Shown here: one piece after another, positions 49,523 through 62,341 of the stretch
How positions within the stretch are numbered: the first letter of the stretch is position 1
Layout of the letters: each line of letters starts with the position of its first letter
Assembly: GCA_038087875.1 (NCBI GenBank)
Contig: CM075994.1
Span: 1,986,001-2,050,000 of the forward strand
Reading direction: 5' to 3'
Source: Malacoraja senta
Taxonomy: Eukaryota
DNA length: 64,000 nt
Position numbers and translations under genes: made by a program
The notes under the pieces: generated by a model
What the model was told of the DNA's origin: nothing
The model's input: the letters and a program-made list of their open reading frames with translations, nothing else
Database searches by the model: none

Positions 49523-50774
49523 CAGTTTTTGGGACAAAGACCCATTATTGATTTATTTGCCTCTGTACTTCATAATCTGAGATTTGTAATAGAAAAGATC
49601 ACATGTGGTTAAAGTGCACATTGTCAGATTTTAATAAAGGCCATTTTTATACATTTTGGTTTCACCATGTAGAAATTACAGCAGTGTTTATACATAGTCC
49701 CCTCATTTCAGGGCACCATAATGTTTGTGACACAGCAATGTCATGTAATTGAAAGTAGTCATGTTTAGTATTTTGTTGCATATCCTTTGCATGCAATGAC
49801 TGCTTGAAGTCTGCGATTGGTGGACATCACCAGCTGCTGGGTGTCTTCTCTGGTGATGCTCTGCCAGGCCTGTATTGCAGCCATCTTTAGCTCATGCTTG
49901 TTTTGAGGGCTAGTCCCCTTCAGTTTTCTCTTCAGCATATAAAAGGCATGCTCAATTGGGTTCAGATCTGGCGATTGTCTTGGCCACTCAAGAATTGACC
50001 ATTTTTTAGATTTGAAAAACTCCTTTGTTACTTTAGCAGTATGTTTGGGATCATTGTTTTGCTGTAGAATGAACTGCCGGCCAATATGTTTTGAGGCATT
50101 TGTTTGAACTTGAGCAGATAGGATGTGTCTATACACATCAGAATTCATTATGCTACTACCATCAGCAGTTGTATCATCAATGAAGTGAGCCAGTACCTTC
50201 AGCAGCCATACATGCCCAGGCCATAACACCCCCACCACCGTGTTTCACAGATGAGGTGGAATGCGTTGGATCTTGGGCAGTTCCTTCTCTCCTCCATACT
50301 TTGCTCTTGCCATCATTCTGATATAAGTTAATCTTTGTCTCATCTGTCCACAAGACCTTTTTCCAGAGCTGTGGTTGCTCTTTTAAGTACTTCTTGGCAA
50401 ATTATAAACTGGCCATCCTATTTTTGTGGCTAACCAGTGATTTGCATCTTGCAGTGTAGCCTCTGTATTTCTGTTCATGAAGTCTTCTGCGGAAGCGCAC
50501 CAGTGCTCTCTTTCTTCTTAATGATGTTCCAAACAGTTGATTTTGGTAAGCCTAAGGTTTGGCTGATGTCTCTAACAGTTTTATTCTTGTTTCTCAGTCT
50601 CATAATGGCTTCTTTGACTTTCATTGGCACAACTTTGGTCCTAATGTTGATAAACAGCAATAAAAGTTTCCAAAGGTGATGGAAAGACTGGAGGAAAGAC
50701 TAGGTGCTGAAAGCTCTCTTATACCTGCATTAAGGAGGGAATTAAACACAATTACAAACACCTGTGAAGCCATG
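49523..50774 (-). mobile_element. Defective Tc1-family transposon (IR/DR type)
   Basis: ORF 49765..50238 QQNNDPKHT...WPRQSPDLNPIEH (DD34E region, second D reads N); HTH piece 50475..50660; TA-CAGT end at 49521-49526; repeated TTTG(G/T)GACA at about 49528 and 49724. Confidence 0.85.
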
Positions 50775-51029
50775 CATCGGCGGAAATCCTAGGGGGATCC
50801 AGGTCCCCCCATGTTTTGTGACCTGGGCATTACAGCCATTCCCAGGTCGGCTCGCTTGTCCCAGGTCTGGCTGTAGCGCCCATGTCAGCTCTCCTGCCCC
50901 ACACTCCAAAGACATGCAGGTTTGTAGGCTAAGTGCTTCGGTAAATTGTAAATTGACCCCAATTGTCCCCGGATGGTGCTAGTGTACAGGGTGATTGTTG
51001 GTCGGCGCGGACACGGTGGGCCAAAGGAC

Positions 51030-51285
51030 CTGCAGTTCCCAGGTCGCCTGCGCGCCCAGATCGGCTCGCCTGTACCCGGGACTGGCTGTAGTGCCCAGAT
51101 CGGCTGGCAGGTCTGACTGTAGCGCCCAGGTCGGCTCAGTTGCCCCAGGTCTGGCTGCAGTTCCCAGGCTGCCTGCGTGCCCCGGGATTGGCTGTAGTTC
51201 CCAGGTCGGCGCTCTTGCCCCAGGTCTGGCTGTAGCGGCCAGGTCGCTTGCGTGCCCCAGGACTGGCTGCAGTTCCCAGGTCGCG
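51030..51285. repeat. Degenerate GC-rich tandem repeat (about 34-38 bp unit, CCCAGGTCGGCTC...CTGGCTGTAG)
   Basis: About 7 imperfect units; another unit pair at about 50840-50890. Confidence 0.7.
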
Positions 51286-51299
51286 AAAACCAATTGAAA

Positions 51300-51376
51300 A
51301 AAAATACGGCTGCGGGCCGGATGATTTCAGGTTACGGGCCGGACCTGGCCTGTGGGCTGTAGGTTGCCGACCCCTG
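51300..51376 (-). mobile_element. hAT/Charlie-like terminal inverted repeat (one end)
   Basis: Reverse strand reads CAGGGGTCGGCAACCTACAGCCC...GGCCCG, typical of Charlie/MER58-like ends; partner end not found. Confidence 0.55.
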
Positions 51377-51430
51377 TCCTAGATGTTAGGCCTCATTGTG
51401 TGTCCCCCCCCCCCCCCCCCATGTTTTCAA

Positions 51431-51749
51431 TTTCATAGCATTTCAAGCAGAGTGCAGGCCACCACATGCATTTTCATAGCATTTCAAGCAGAGTGCAGGC
51501 CACCACATTCGGTTTCATAGCATTTCAAGCAGAGTGCAGGCCACCACATTCAGTTTCATAGCATTTCAAGCAGAGTGCAGGCCACCACATTCAGTTTCAT
51601 AACATTTCAAGCAGAGTGCAGACCACCACATTCAGTTTCATAGCATTTCAAGCAGAGTGCAGGCCACCACATTCAGTTTCATAGCATTTCAAGCAGTGCG
51701 GGCCACCACATTCAGTTTCATAGCATTTCAAGCAAAGTGCAGGCCACCA
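51431..51749. repeat. 41-bp minisatellite, about 8 copies
   Basis: TTTCATAGCATTTCAAGCAGAGTGCAGGCCACCACATTCAG starting at 51431, 51472, 51513, 51554, 51595, 51636, 51677 and 51716; no spacers. Confidence 0.95.
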
Positions 51750-52434
51750 AATTGCCAAACAACTCATTGCATTGTCAATAAATCATTTATTGCAGACTCG
51801 CAGTTCAGTTGATTCACAGCTTAGAATCACAGTTGTGGATTCTCCCTCGCGACCTTCCAGAGTGACTGACACGTACAGGCATCTGGGGTTTTATAGTCCT
51901 GCTTTGATCCTGCCTATGGGTGCTGCCTGTAGGAGTTTGTACGTTCTCCCTGTGATCGTGTGGGTTTTCTCTGGATGCTCTGGTTTCCTCCTCCCGCACT
52001 TGAAAGACGTACAGGATTGTAGATTAATTGGCTTTGGTTAAAATTGTAAATTGTCCCTGGTGTGTGGAATAGTTTTAGCGTAAGGGGTGATCGCTGGTCG
52101 GCGTCGACTAGGTGGGTGTTTCTGCGCTGTATCTCTAAAGTCTAACGTACTCTACAGTGGACACTGGACTTTGTCTTTGGAACTGGTGCACTACAATGCT
52201 GAGAACTATGCACTCTATATTCCCCTTTGCTCTAGCTAATGTACTTGTACTTGAGTTCAGCTTGGTATTTATGTATAGTATTATCTGATTTGATTGGATA
52301 GCATGCAAACCAAAGCTTTTCACTGTACCAAGGTAGATTGTGAGATTGGGAATACATCCCACATTTCCGTGTCATATCATTTGATGATTGTGACTATCTG
52401 ATGGCTGCACCATAAAGGTATTTCCCTTTTGCAG

Positions 52435-52539
52435 GATCCCAGTACAGACTTTAGTTGATAGCTGGCCGTCACTATTGACCTTGCTGAAGGACTCTGTTCA
52501 ACTTTATCTACCCCCTCCTGGACAATTCCTCATCCTCGG
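52435..52539 (+). CDS. DOP1A: DOP1A exon (IPVQTLVDSWPSLLTLLKDSVQLYLPPPGQFLILG)
   Basis: ttgcAG / GTaaga; phase 2-2. Confidence 0.93.
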
Positions 52540-54824
52540 GTAAGATCTTGCACTAAATGTTATTCACATTATTCCCTTTATCTTGTATCTGTACACTGTG
52601 GATGGCTCGATCGTAATCATGTATTGTCTTGCCGCTGACTGGTTAGCACACAACAAAAGCTTTTCACTATGTCAAGATACACGTGACAATAAACTAAACT
52701 AAACTCAGCGAAGGACCGCAGAATTTGTGACAGGAACTTTTAAAGTGGTAGGTACAGAGGTTCAGGAAATATTGTTATGCCCGAAGAACAGAGAATTTAA
52801 ATCTACCTTTATGTTGGTTTTAGTGGGCCGCTAATACCAACTATATCTGGCCCAAAGGTTGTTAGATTAAGTCTACATTTTTAAGAACTTTAAAAATTGA
52901 AGGATACAAGCAAGGTATACAATTTAAGGGCAGCACGCGGCGTAGCAGTAGAGCTGCTGCCTCCCCACGCCATAGACTTGGATCGATCCTGACTAAGGGT
53001 GCTGTGTGTGCAGAGTTGGCACGTTCTCCCTGTGACTGCGTAAATTTTCTCCAGGTGCTCCGGTTTTCTCCCACATCCCAAAGACATGTAGGTTTGTAGG
53101 TTAACTGGCTTTGGTAAAATTGCCGCTGGTATGTAGGATGCAACAGTGGAATAACATGGAACTAGTGCGCAGGTGATTGGTGGTCGGCACGGGATCGGTG
53201 GGCTGAAGGGCTTTTTTCTATGCTGTATCTCTAAACTAAATTAAACTATGGTTGCTTATTCTTACTCTCTTGTACTTTGTGCGTGTGTTTAATAAGATTT
53301 TACTGGATTTTATGCAAAAAATGAATCTTGCTGTACCTAGGTAGGTGACAATAAAGTATAATTGAACCATTGACAATCCTTGGTTGAGGTGGTTGGTGGT
53401 ACAACCGGAGAGGGCTGCTAGTAAGCCTCTGAGGGAGTATAGGTGGCAGGGAAATATGGAGAACAGGATTGGTCTGAGATCTACTACTTGGCCTCCACTT
53501 GGGTCATGAAATATGATGGAGGTCCACCAGTCACAATCCTTCAGCGACAGAGAAGATGCGATAGAAAAGAAAAGTCAAAGTATCAGGGTATCTGTAACTC
53601 AAGTGTGAAGTGAAGAATGATAAAGTTGTTAATCTTGCATTGAAATATGGTTCCTTATGTTCTCAATGCCCATCTAAAGATTTGCAAGCCATAATTGTAT
53701 AGTTTACAACAAACTGTCTGGGATGTAGGTGGAATTCTATCACACAGAGGGTTGCTGGAGTATGGTCCACACTGCCTGAGTGGGTGGTGGAGGCTGATAC
53801 TCATGGCATTTAGGAAGCACTTATACAAATATGTTTGCACGTTCTTCCTGTAACCATGTGGGATTCCTCCAGGTATTCCCGTTTCCCAAAGATCTGAGGT
53901 TTGTAGGTTAATTGCTCTGCGTAGATTGCCCCTGGTGTCTCGGGAGTGGATGAGAAAGTGGATGACATAGAACTAGTATGAACGGATGATCAATGGTTGG
54001 CATGAACTCAGTGGGCCACAGGGCCTACTTCCATGGTGTATCTCTAAGCTAAATTAAAATTAACTACTTAAATTGCCATGGCATAGAAGGCTAAGGACCT
54101 AATGTGGGTAAATGGGATTAGTGTTGATAGGTACAATGGGCTGAATGGCCTCTTCTGTGCGAACAACTCTATCACGCTATGACTTTGCGTGCCTCACAAA
54201 TCCATTTTGATTCTTTAGTCATTAATTCATTGGGCTTGGTGTTTCCAATGGAGGTAATGCTCTTTGAAGTTGTTTAATGATCTGCAGTCGAGTGCATCGA
54301 GAAACAAGGAGCTGCAGGTGCTGTCTTGCAAAAAAAAAACACAAAGTAACTCAGCAGGTCAGGCAGCATCTTTAAACATGGATCAGTGACGTTTCAGATT
54401 GGGATCCTTCTTCAGTCTAACCCCCAATCCGAAACATTGCCTATCCATGTTCTACAGAGATGCTGCCTGACCCTCTGGGATACTCCAGCACTTTGTATCT
54501 TTTTCTATTGAATGTCTATATTTGTAGAGGTAAAGTAGCCAGTTGACCCAAGAGGTAGGGGATTTGCAACATCAAAAAATACATTATATGGAGACAATTA
54601 TAGGCATTGTGTGTAGCTGTTGGTAACCATTTACTCTTTAATCAATAACACCACAGCCAATTAGCAGGTTATTTGCATTACTGTTTATAGGATTTTGACT
54701 TGGCTCCTTTGCCTACATAGTAAAAAGCACATTATGAAGAAACAGTTAATGACCACTTAACATTTAGCATGTGCCAAGCATGCAGGAGTCTCTTTAATAC
54801 AAGTTTGTTCTTTGACGTCTTTAG

Positions 54825-54891
54825 AGTGCTCAATGAGTTCATCATGAAGAACCCCAATCTGGAAAGCAAAAAAGACCAAAGGGATCTCCAG
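54825..54891 (+). CDS. DOP1A: DOP1A exon (VLNEFIMKNPNLESKKDQRDLQ)
   Basis: ctttAG / GTcaga; phase 2 to 0. Confidence 0.93.
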
Positions 54892-55011
54892 GTCAGAGTG
54901 GTCAATATATTGTAAATATGCTTTTTTAAATTAATGGGCAGAAGTGTCCTTGTGCATCTGAGTTCCCCTGCATGAGGTTAGCGGCCTGAGTGCGCCTCTT
55001 TGTTTTCCTAG

Positions 55012-55156
55012 GATGTCACCCATAAGATAGTGGAGGCCATTGGGACCATCGCAGGGTCCTCGCTGGAGCAGACCACCTGGCTCAGGAGGAACCTGGAGGT
55101 GAAGCCTTCTCCGCAAATCCTCGTGGAAGGAAGCAGCCTGGAAAGAAACGTGGAAG
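55012..55156 (+). CDS. DOP1A: DOP1A exon (DVTHKIVEAIGTIAGSSLEQTTWLRRNLEVKP...NVE)
   Basis: tcctAG / GTacga; follows a 120-nt intron; phase 0 to 1. Confidence 0.94.
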
Positions 55157-55184
55157 GTACGATTAACGGAATGGTCACATAGAA

Positions 55185-55685
55185 TGACAAGAGTCAAGAG
55201 TGTTCTTTCCTTGTCACGTATCTCAAAACAGAACAATAAAATTCTTACTTGCAGCAGAACAACAGATATGTAAACATAGTTGTCTGCAAAACCCACAATA
55301 AACAACAACAAAAATGTTCAGTGTATATAAAAAACAAATAGTAATCCTGTCTATGTAATTCAGAGTTAATTTGGAGGTTGTAGTATTTAATAGCCTGATG
55401 GTTGTTGGTAAGAACCTGGACATTACAACCCCTCCTATACCTTCTTCCCAATGGCAGGAGTGAAATGAGAGAGTGGCCAGGATGGTGTGTCTGATGATGC
55501 TCGCTGTCTTTTTGAGGCAGCGACTCTTGTAGATCCCTTTGATGGTGGGGATGTCAGTACCTGTGATGGGCTGGGCAGTGTTCACCACTTTTGCAGTCTT
55601 CTTTGTTCCTGGGCGTTCCAAGTTGCCAAACCAGGGCTGTGCTCCCTACTGTACACTGTTCAAGAGCGTATTCATTGACATACCG
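55185..55685 (-). mobile_element. Rex1/Babar-like LINE 3' remnant
   Basis: ORF 55223..55621 KVVNTAQPITG...RCLKKTASII; CTTGACTCTTG tail. Confidence 0.65.
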
Positions 55686-56531
55686 TGTGAATTGTCATTA
55701 GTTGGGAGGTATTAATTCAAGTTCATAATAATCGTCAATGACAACTAGTTGCTAGCATTGTAGATGCATGAATGTCTAGATTTATATTGAGGTTTATTAT
55801 TGTCACCTGTACCGAGATATGTGAAAACCCTTGCTTTGCATGCCATCCAAACAGTTCAGATATACCATAGATTAATGAAGAAGGGTCTCGACCCGAAACG
55901 TCGCCTATTTCCTTCGCTCCGTAGATGCTGCCTCACCCGCTGAGTTTCTCCAGCATTTTTGTCTACCATAGATAGATACAATCAGTTCAAACTGAAGTAT
56001 AATCGACAGAACAAAGGGGAAGATATAGATTGCAGAATATCGTTTTCAGGATTGTAGTGTATCATTTCCAAAGACCAATGTCTGCAATGGGGTAGAGGTG
56101 AATTGGACAGTACCCAGGCTTATGGAAGGACCGTTCAGAAGCCTGATAACGGAGGGGAAGAAGCTGGTCCTGAGTCTGGTGTTGTGCACTTTCAAGCTTC
56201 TGTACCTTCTGTTCGATGTGAGCAGAGAGAAGGAAGAATGATCGGGGAGGGACAAGTCTTTGATTATGTTGGCTGCTGTTCCAAGGCAGGAGATGACTAC
56301 TTTTGAGAAACTGCAGATGCTGGAATCTTGCGCAGATTCCATTACAAAGGGCATTGTCAGAGATATTGTTAAAGAATGAAGTAGACAAACTAAAATGGAT
56401 CTTTGTAATCAAGATTGACAATGATCTGTGGTATTTAATTATTAATTGGAGGAAATGCCCTAAAAGTTATTGCACTATTTTTTGCTTTCATGCTGTATAG
56501 TAAATCCTGTTTTATTCTCTATCCTTTCTAG

Positions 56532-56614
56532 ACATCATGTTGATCCCAGTAATGGAGATATCCAGTGTTGCACCTTCGGTCTATAGTGTGCATGCACTAA
56601 CTTTATTAGCTGAG
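56532..56614 (+). CDS. DOP1A: DOP1A exon (DIMLIPVMEISSVAPSVYSVHALTLLAE)
   Basis: ttctAG / GTatgt; phase 1 to 0. Confidence 0.92.
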
Positions 56615-57419
56615 GTATGTGAATCTTTGCATCATGCTTGCCTGTTCTCTTCCCCTACTGCATCCACCACCTATGAAGACATTGACTAGACCAGACAGGG
56701 CCTGGATAGAGAGGATGTTTCCAATAGTGCAAGAGTCTAGGACCAAAGTCCGTAGCCTCAGAATAAAAGGATGTACCTTTAGAAAGGAGATGAGGAGGAT
56801 TTTTTTCAGTCAAAAGGTGGTGAATCTGCAATTTATTGCCACAGACGGCTGTGGGGGCCTTCACTGGGTATTATTAAGGCGCAGATTGATAGATTCTTGA
56901 TAAGGGTGTCGGATTATGGGGAGAAAGCAGGAGAATGGGGTTGAGAGGGAAAGATTGATCAGCCATGATTAAATGGAGAGTAGAATTGATGTGCTGATTG
57001 GCCTAATTCTGCTCCTATAACTTATGACTTCATTAGAATAGTCCAGTACCTCATCACAATAAGATTATTGGTGTGAGCATATTTAGTTTACCCTGTTGTT
57101 AAGTCATACAACATAGAAACAGGCCCTTCGGCCCAGCTCATCCATGCTGACCAAGATGCCCATGTAAGCCAGTCGCATCTGCCCACATTTGGTCCAAATC
57201 CCTCTCAACCTTTCCTGTCTAAGTGTCTTCTAAATGCTGTAATTGTACCTGCCACAACTACCTCCTCTGGCAGCTTGTTCCATATACCCACCACCCTCTG
57301 AGTGAAAAGGTTTCCCCTCAGGTTCCTTTTAAACCTTTTCCCTCTCACCGTAAAACCTATGTCCCCTGGTTCTTGATTCCCCTACTCTGGGTAAAAGACT
57401 GTGCACTCAAAGGATGAGA

Positions 57420-57731
57420 TATTTAGTTTCATTAAGAGATACAGTGCAGAATCATGCCCCTTCGGCCCACCGAGTCCACGCCGACCAGCGAGGATCACCC
57501 CCGTATACTAGCACTATCCTACACACAAGGGACAATTTTATAATTTTACCAAAGCCAATTAACCCACAAACCTGTACGGTCTTTGGAGTGTGGGAGAAAA
57601 CCGGAGCTCCCGGAGAAAACCCACACGGTCATGGAGAGAATGTGCAAACTCCGTAAATGCTGCACCCATAGTCAGGATCGAACACGGGTCTCTGGCGCTG
57701 TAAGGCAGCAACTCTACCATTGCACCACCGT
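57420..57731 (-). mobile_element. V-SINE ending about 20 nt before an exon acceptor
   Basis: Reverse V-domain and B box; more than 20 further copies or fragments in the window are not listed. Confidence 0.75.
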
Positions 57732-57751
57732 TGAAGTTCTCTGTCTTTCAG

Positions 57752-57861
57752 GTGTTGGCTCATCTTTTGGACATGGTGTTCCACAGTGATGAAAAGGAGA
57801 GAGTGCTTCCCTTACTTGTGAACATCATGTACTATGTGGTACCGTACCTCCGCAACCACAG
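57752..57861 (+). CDS. DOP1A: DOP1A exon ([37 protein letters not shown])
   Basis: tttcAG / GTatgc; phase 0 to 2. Confidence 0.94.
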
Positions 57862-59371
57862 GTATGCACTTGACCACTTGCATGGAATCTGATTGTGATT
57901 TTGTTGTTGTACAGCAAGTTGGGACCAGTGTGGGCTTTTTCTTACTTTAGTTTAGAGATGCAGCATTGAAACGTGCCCTTCGGCCCACTGAGTCTGTGCC
58001 GAGCAGCGGTCACCCTAGTTCTATTCTATACACGAGGGACAATTTTACAGAAGCCAATTAAACTACAAGCCTGCACGTCTTTGGAGTGTGGGAGGAAATT
58101 GGACCACCCGTAGAAAACCCATGCGGTCATGGGGAGAACATACAAACTCCGTACAATCAGCCCCCTTAGTCAGGATCGAACCTGGGTCTCTGCCGCTGTA
58201 TGGCAGCAACTCTACTGCTGCGCCATTGTGCCACCCAGAGTTCTATCTTTCCATTAGTTCTATTTTATCCCACTTACTCATCCACTCCCTACATACTGGG
58301 GCAATTCACAGAGGCCAATTGCTGTAACTATCTGTACGTTCTTCCTATTCCTACACTCACCAGCGCAGGGAGCAATCCTTTAGGTTTAGGTATATTATTG
58401 TCATGTGCACCAAGGTACAGTGAAAAGCTGTGTTTTGCATGCTGTCCAAACAAACAGATATACCATACATATGACACAGAGTGCAGGAGTAACTCAGCAG
58501 GTCAGGCAGCATCTGCAAGAGAAAATAGATAGGTGACATGTTGGGTCGGGATCCTTCTTCAGACTGGTTGGTCCCGACCTGAAAAGTCACCTGTGCGTGT
58601 TCTCCTGAGATGCTGCTTGACACATGGAGTTACTCTAGCACTCTCTATCTTCTTTTGTAAACCAGCATTTGTACTTCTTTGCTTCTACATCAAACTCAAG
58701 TATAATAGGTAGAGCAAAGGGGAAGATTCAGAGTGCAGAATGTAGTTCTCAGCATTGTAGCAAATCAATTCAAAGATAAAAGTCCAATGTCCACAATGGG
58801 GGAAGAGGTGAATTGGACAGTACCTTAGCTTGTGGAAGGGTCATTCAGAAGCCTGATAACGGATGGCTTCCTATTGGCATTTTATCAATGGTTCATTGGT
58901 TCTTTATTATCACATGTACCGAGGTACAGTGAAATTCATTTTTTGCATTCAGTTCAGTAAATCTTCACTCTACATAAACACAATCCAGATTAAGTACACA
59001 GTGTATAGAAATAGCTGGCAGACCATATACAAGAGTCACCAGGTTTTGACGCCATTTTCAAAGTCCAAGCTGCAGCTGGCCATAAAGGCCTGTTGTCCTG
59101 GCAGCGTTGCAGGGTCGGCCTGGCCAAGTGAAGCTGTAGGTGTCCTCCTCCGCTGCTCCACCACTCCGTGCTGCTGCAGGTCGCATCCTGTCTTCTGCTG
59201 AAAGATCAGTGATTCATTACACTCGAGGTGGAGCTCTGTACATGAAGGGAGGAGGGGACCCCCTTTCCACTTTCTGTTGCTTTCTATGACGAGGACTGTG
59301 TGTGTGTGTGTTTGGGGTGAACCATAGGGCAGCAATCCCCTGGTCCTGTGATTTCTGTGCTTCTCTTCCAG

Positions 59372-59522
59372 TGCCCACAACGCCCCAAGTTACCGAGCAT
59401 GCGTGCAACTGGTCAGCAGCCTGAGCGGTTATCAGTATACCAGGCGGGGCTTGGAAAAAGGAAGCATTTGATCTCTTCATGGACCCAAACTTCTTCCAGA
59501 TGGATGCTTCCTGCGTCAGTCA
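59372..59522 (+). CDS. DOP1A: DOP1A exon (AHNAPSYRACVQL...YTRR|AWKKEAFDLFMDPNFFQMDASCVSH) with +1 G frameshift in this sequence
   Basis: ttccAG / GTaagt; 151 nt, but both ends must be phase 2; extra G in the run 59446-59449. Confidence 0.9.
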
Positions 59523-59721
59523 GTAAGTAGTGATTAGCGTCGCTTGTCTCAACAGTTTATGTGGGCGTAAAGCAAACCGAGTAGACCGCTTCTTCCAGGT
59601 TTAAAAGAATATTGGTAATATATATCTATAATCTCATTTTTGATTAAGTGATGCCTCTGCCTAGTTTGAGAAAACGCTTGCACAGTAAATTTGTCATGTT
59701 TTTACGTTTCACACTTTGCAG

Positions 59722-59783
59722 TTGGAGAGGAATCATAGACCATCTGATGACCCATGACAAAACTACGTTCAGGGACCTCATGA
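59722..59783 (+). CDS. DOP1A: DOP1A exon (WRGIIDHLMTHDKTTFRDLM)
   Basis: ttgcAG / GTaagt; phase 2 to 1. Confidence 0.93.
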
Positions 59784-60929
59784 GTAAGTATCGGCACTGA
59801 TTCACTACCCTTGCTCATAAGTTCATGTCATTGGTGCAGAATTAGTCTATTCAACCCATCAAGTCTACTCAGCCATTCAATCATGGCTGATCTATCTTTC
59901 CCTCTCAACCCCATTCTCCTGCCTTCTCCCCATAACCTTTAATACCCTTACTAGTCAAGAATCTCCTCTTTGAAAACACCCACCCAAAAAATCCATCTGT
60001 GGTAATGGATTCACCACCCTCTGACTAAACAAATTCCTTCTCATCTCCTTTCTAAAGGTACGTCCTTTTATTTTGAGGCTGTGCCCTTTGATCTTAGCCT
60101 CTCTAGTGGAAACATCCCCTCCACGTCCACTTTACCCAGGCCTTTCACTATTTAGTAAGTTTCAATGAGGTCCCCCCTCATCCTTCTAAACTCCAGCGAG
60201 TACAGGCCCAGTGCCGTCAAACATTCATCATACATTAACCCAATCATCCCTGGGATCATTCTTGTAAACCACTTCTGGACCCTCTCCAATTGCCAGCACA
60301 TCCCTCCTCAGATATGGGGCTCAGAACTGCTCACAATACTCTAATCCTCATGTACCTTACCTTTCTTGTTCATCTTATTGTCTTTGCTTAACAGCATCAT
60401 TAGTATAAAAGGAAGCTTTTTGTACTTTTTGGTATGAAGTATTTTGCACGTAAGGCCAATAAATAGAATCATTGAAAAATTAGTTAGCAATTGGTTCATT
60501 ACAGCTGCAAGCACAATCAGATAGCTTTACTTTAAAAAAGAACTGCAGATGCTGGTTTATACCAAAGATAGACACAAAATGCTGGAGTAACTCAGCAGGT
60601 CAGGCAGCATCTCTGAAGAAATTGGATAGGTGATGTTTCAGGTTGGGACCCTTCTTCGGATATCTTTGCTAGTCAGACTGCACAGAGTTTATAATCAAAA
60701 ACGTTCAACAATTTCAGACAAGCCACATTTATTTTAAGTTAACCATATTGTTTAACTGATTATTTCATTTCAGTGAACCAAAAGTACTGGGCGTTTCATT
60801 GCCAAATTAATGCTATCATTTTGATAGGAAGAATAATTAATCCACATGTATAATGAGGATTATACATGAATAAAAGGGAGATGAGAAACAAACTAGGATA
60901 CCAATCTTTAAAGGTGGCAGTTTAAAGGT

Positions 60930-61430
60930 GACCATTTCAATTGCCTGTTCCCATTCCCATACTGACCTTTCTGTCCAGGGCCTCCTCCATTTCCTGAGTG
61001 AGGCCACATAAACTGGAGGAACCGCACCTCATATTCCACTTGGGTAGCTAACCCAACATTGTGTACATTGAATTCTCCAATTTTGGGTAACTAACAATCA
61101 ACCCCCATCCCTACTTTCTTTTTTCTCCTCCCTCTCTTCCCTATGCCCCACCTGGATGAGTGCCCATTTCTCCCACTATCCTGCTTTTTCCCCCACATAC
61201 ATCCCTTCCTCTGACCTCACACCACGTCTCGTCTCCTTATCTGACAGTCTTTTGTAACCTTCGCGTCTCTGGCCTTTGTGCACCCATCTGCCAGCCCCCC
61301 ACCTGTATCCACCTATCACTTGCCAGGCTTTGTCCCGTCCCCACCGCTCTTCCAGCTTTCTCCCCCCCCCCCCCCTACTACAATCAGTCTGAAGAAATGT
61401 CCTGACCCGAAACCGCCTATCAATGTCCTC
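60930..61430 (+). mobile_element. Penelope-like element 3' end, degenerate
   Basis: Same GIY-YIG tail and UTR; CTGAAGA...CCCGAAAC at about 61389-61413. Confidence 0.65.
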
Positions 61431-62188
61431 TAGAGTCAAGAGTGTTTTATTGTCATTTATGCCCCAAAACAGAACAATGAAATTCTTACTTACAGTAGCA
61501 CAACAGAGGTACTGCCTGACCCACTGAGTCACTTCAGTACTTTGTATATTTTGTTTAAAGGTGACATGTAGGTTCAGAAGTCCAATAAGGAAGGAAGCAA
61601 AGCACTGGAGGGTTAATGCAGCACAGGCTACGTCTGTTTTCTAGAAGAGAGAAAAATGAAGGGTGATACTAAAGTCTTTAACAATTGAAGTAAAGTGGTG
61701 GCTGAGACTGGACTTGGTGTTAAATAAAAGTTGAAACTTATGAAAACACTCAGCAGATCAGCCAACATCTATCAACAAAAACAACATTTTTCATGTCACA
61801 AGGGTCATATATAAGCTGGCTGGCAATAAATCTGAAAGACCTCAGATGTATCTCCTTCACCCAAAGAGCACAGTGGTGCCTCACAGTGCTAGAGACCTGG
61901 GTTCGATCCTGACTATGGGTGCCGTCTATACAGAGTTTGCACGTTCTCCCTGTGACTGCATTGCTTTGGTGTGTAGGTCGTGGATGAGAAAGTGGGATAA
62001 TATACAACTTGTGTGAATGATCAGTTGTTGGCATGGACTCAGTGGGCCGAAGGGCCTGTTTCAATACTGAAAGCAGAGGAGAATGTTGGATTGCTGCTGG
62101 TTTTGCCTGTGGAATTTGTGACAGAAGTTGAGTGAGGGCTGTAGCAGCAGCTGCCGCGTGTTCATGGCCTTTTCCCGTGTTTCCGCAG

Positions 62189-62341
62189 CTCGTGTGGCCG
62201 TGGCACAGAGCAGCTCCCTCAACCTGTTTGCCAGTCGTGAGGCAGAGCTGGAGCAGCGCGCCATGCTGCTGAAGAGACTGGCCTTTGCCATCTTCAGCAG
62301 CGAGGTGGACCAGTACCAGAAATATCTGCCGGACATACAAG
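62189..62341 (+). CDS. DOP1A: DOP1A exon ([51 protein letters not shown])
   Basis: ccgcAG / GTtggt; phase 1-1; the gene continues beyond the window. Confidence 0.94.

Noticed and set aside
51431..51749. Regular 41-bp repeats resembling a CRISPR array
   Set aside because: Units are contiguous with no unique spacers, there are no cas genes and the context is a vertebrate intron; it is a minisatellite
2218..62341. DOP1B (DOPEY2), or a DOP1A pseudogene
   Set aside because: Peptides such as PTRSMRVLCQ, STSSETETASTVGSE and GPISMNHGVHFMAAIAFVWNERR match recalled DOP1A; 21 of 22 exons are intact with canonical sites, and the defects coincide with a gap and a homopolymer
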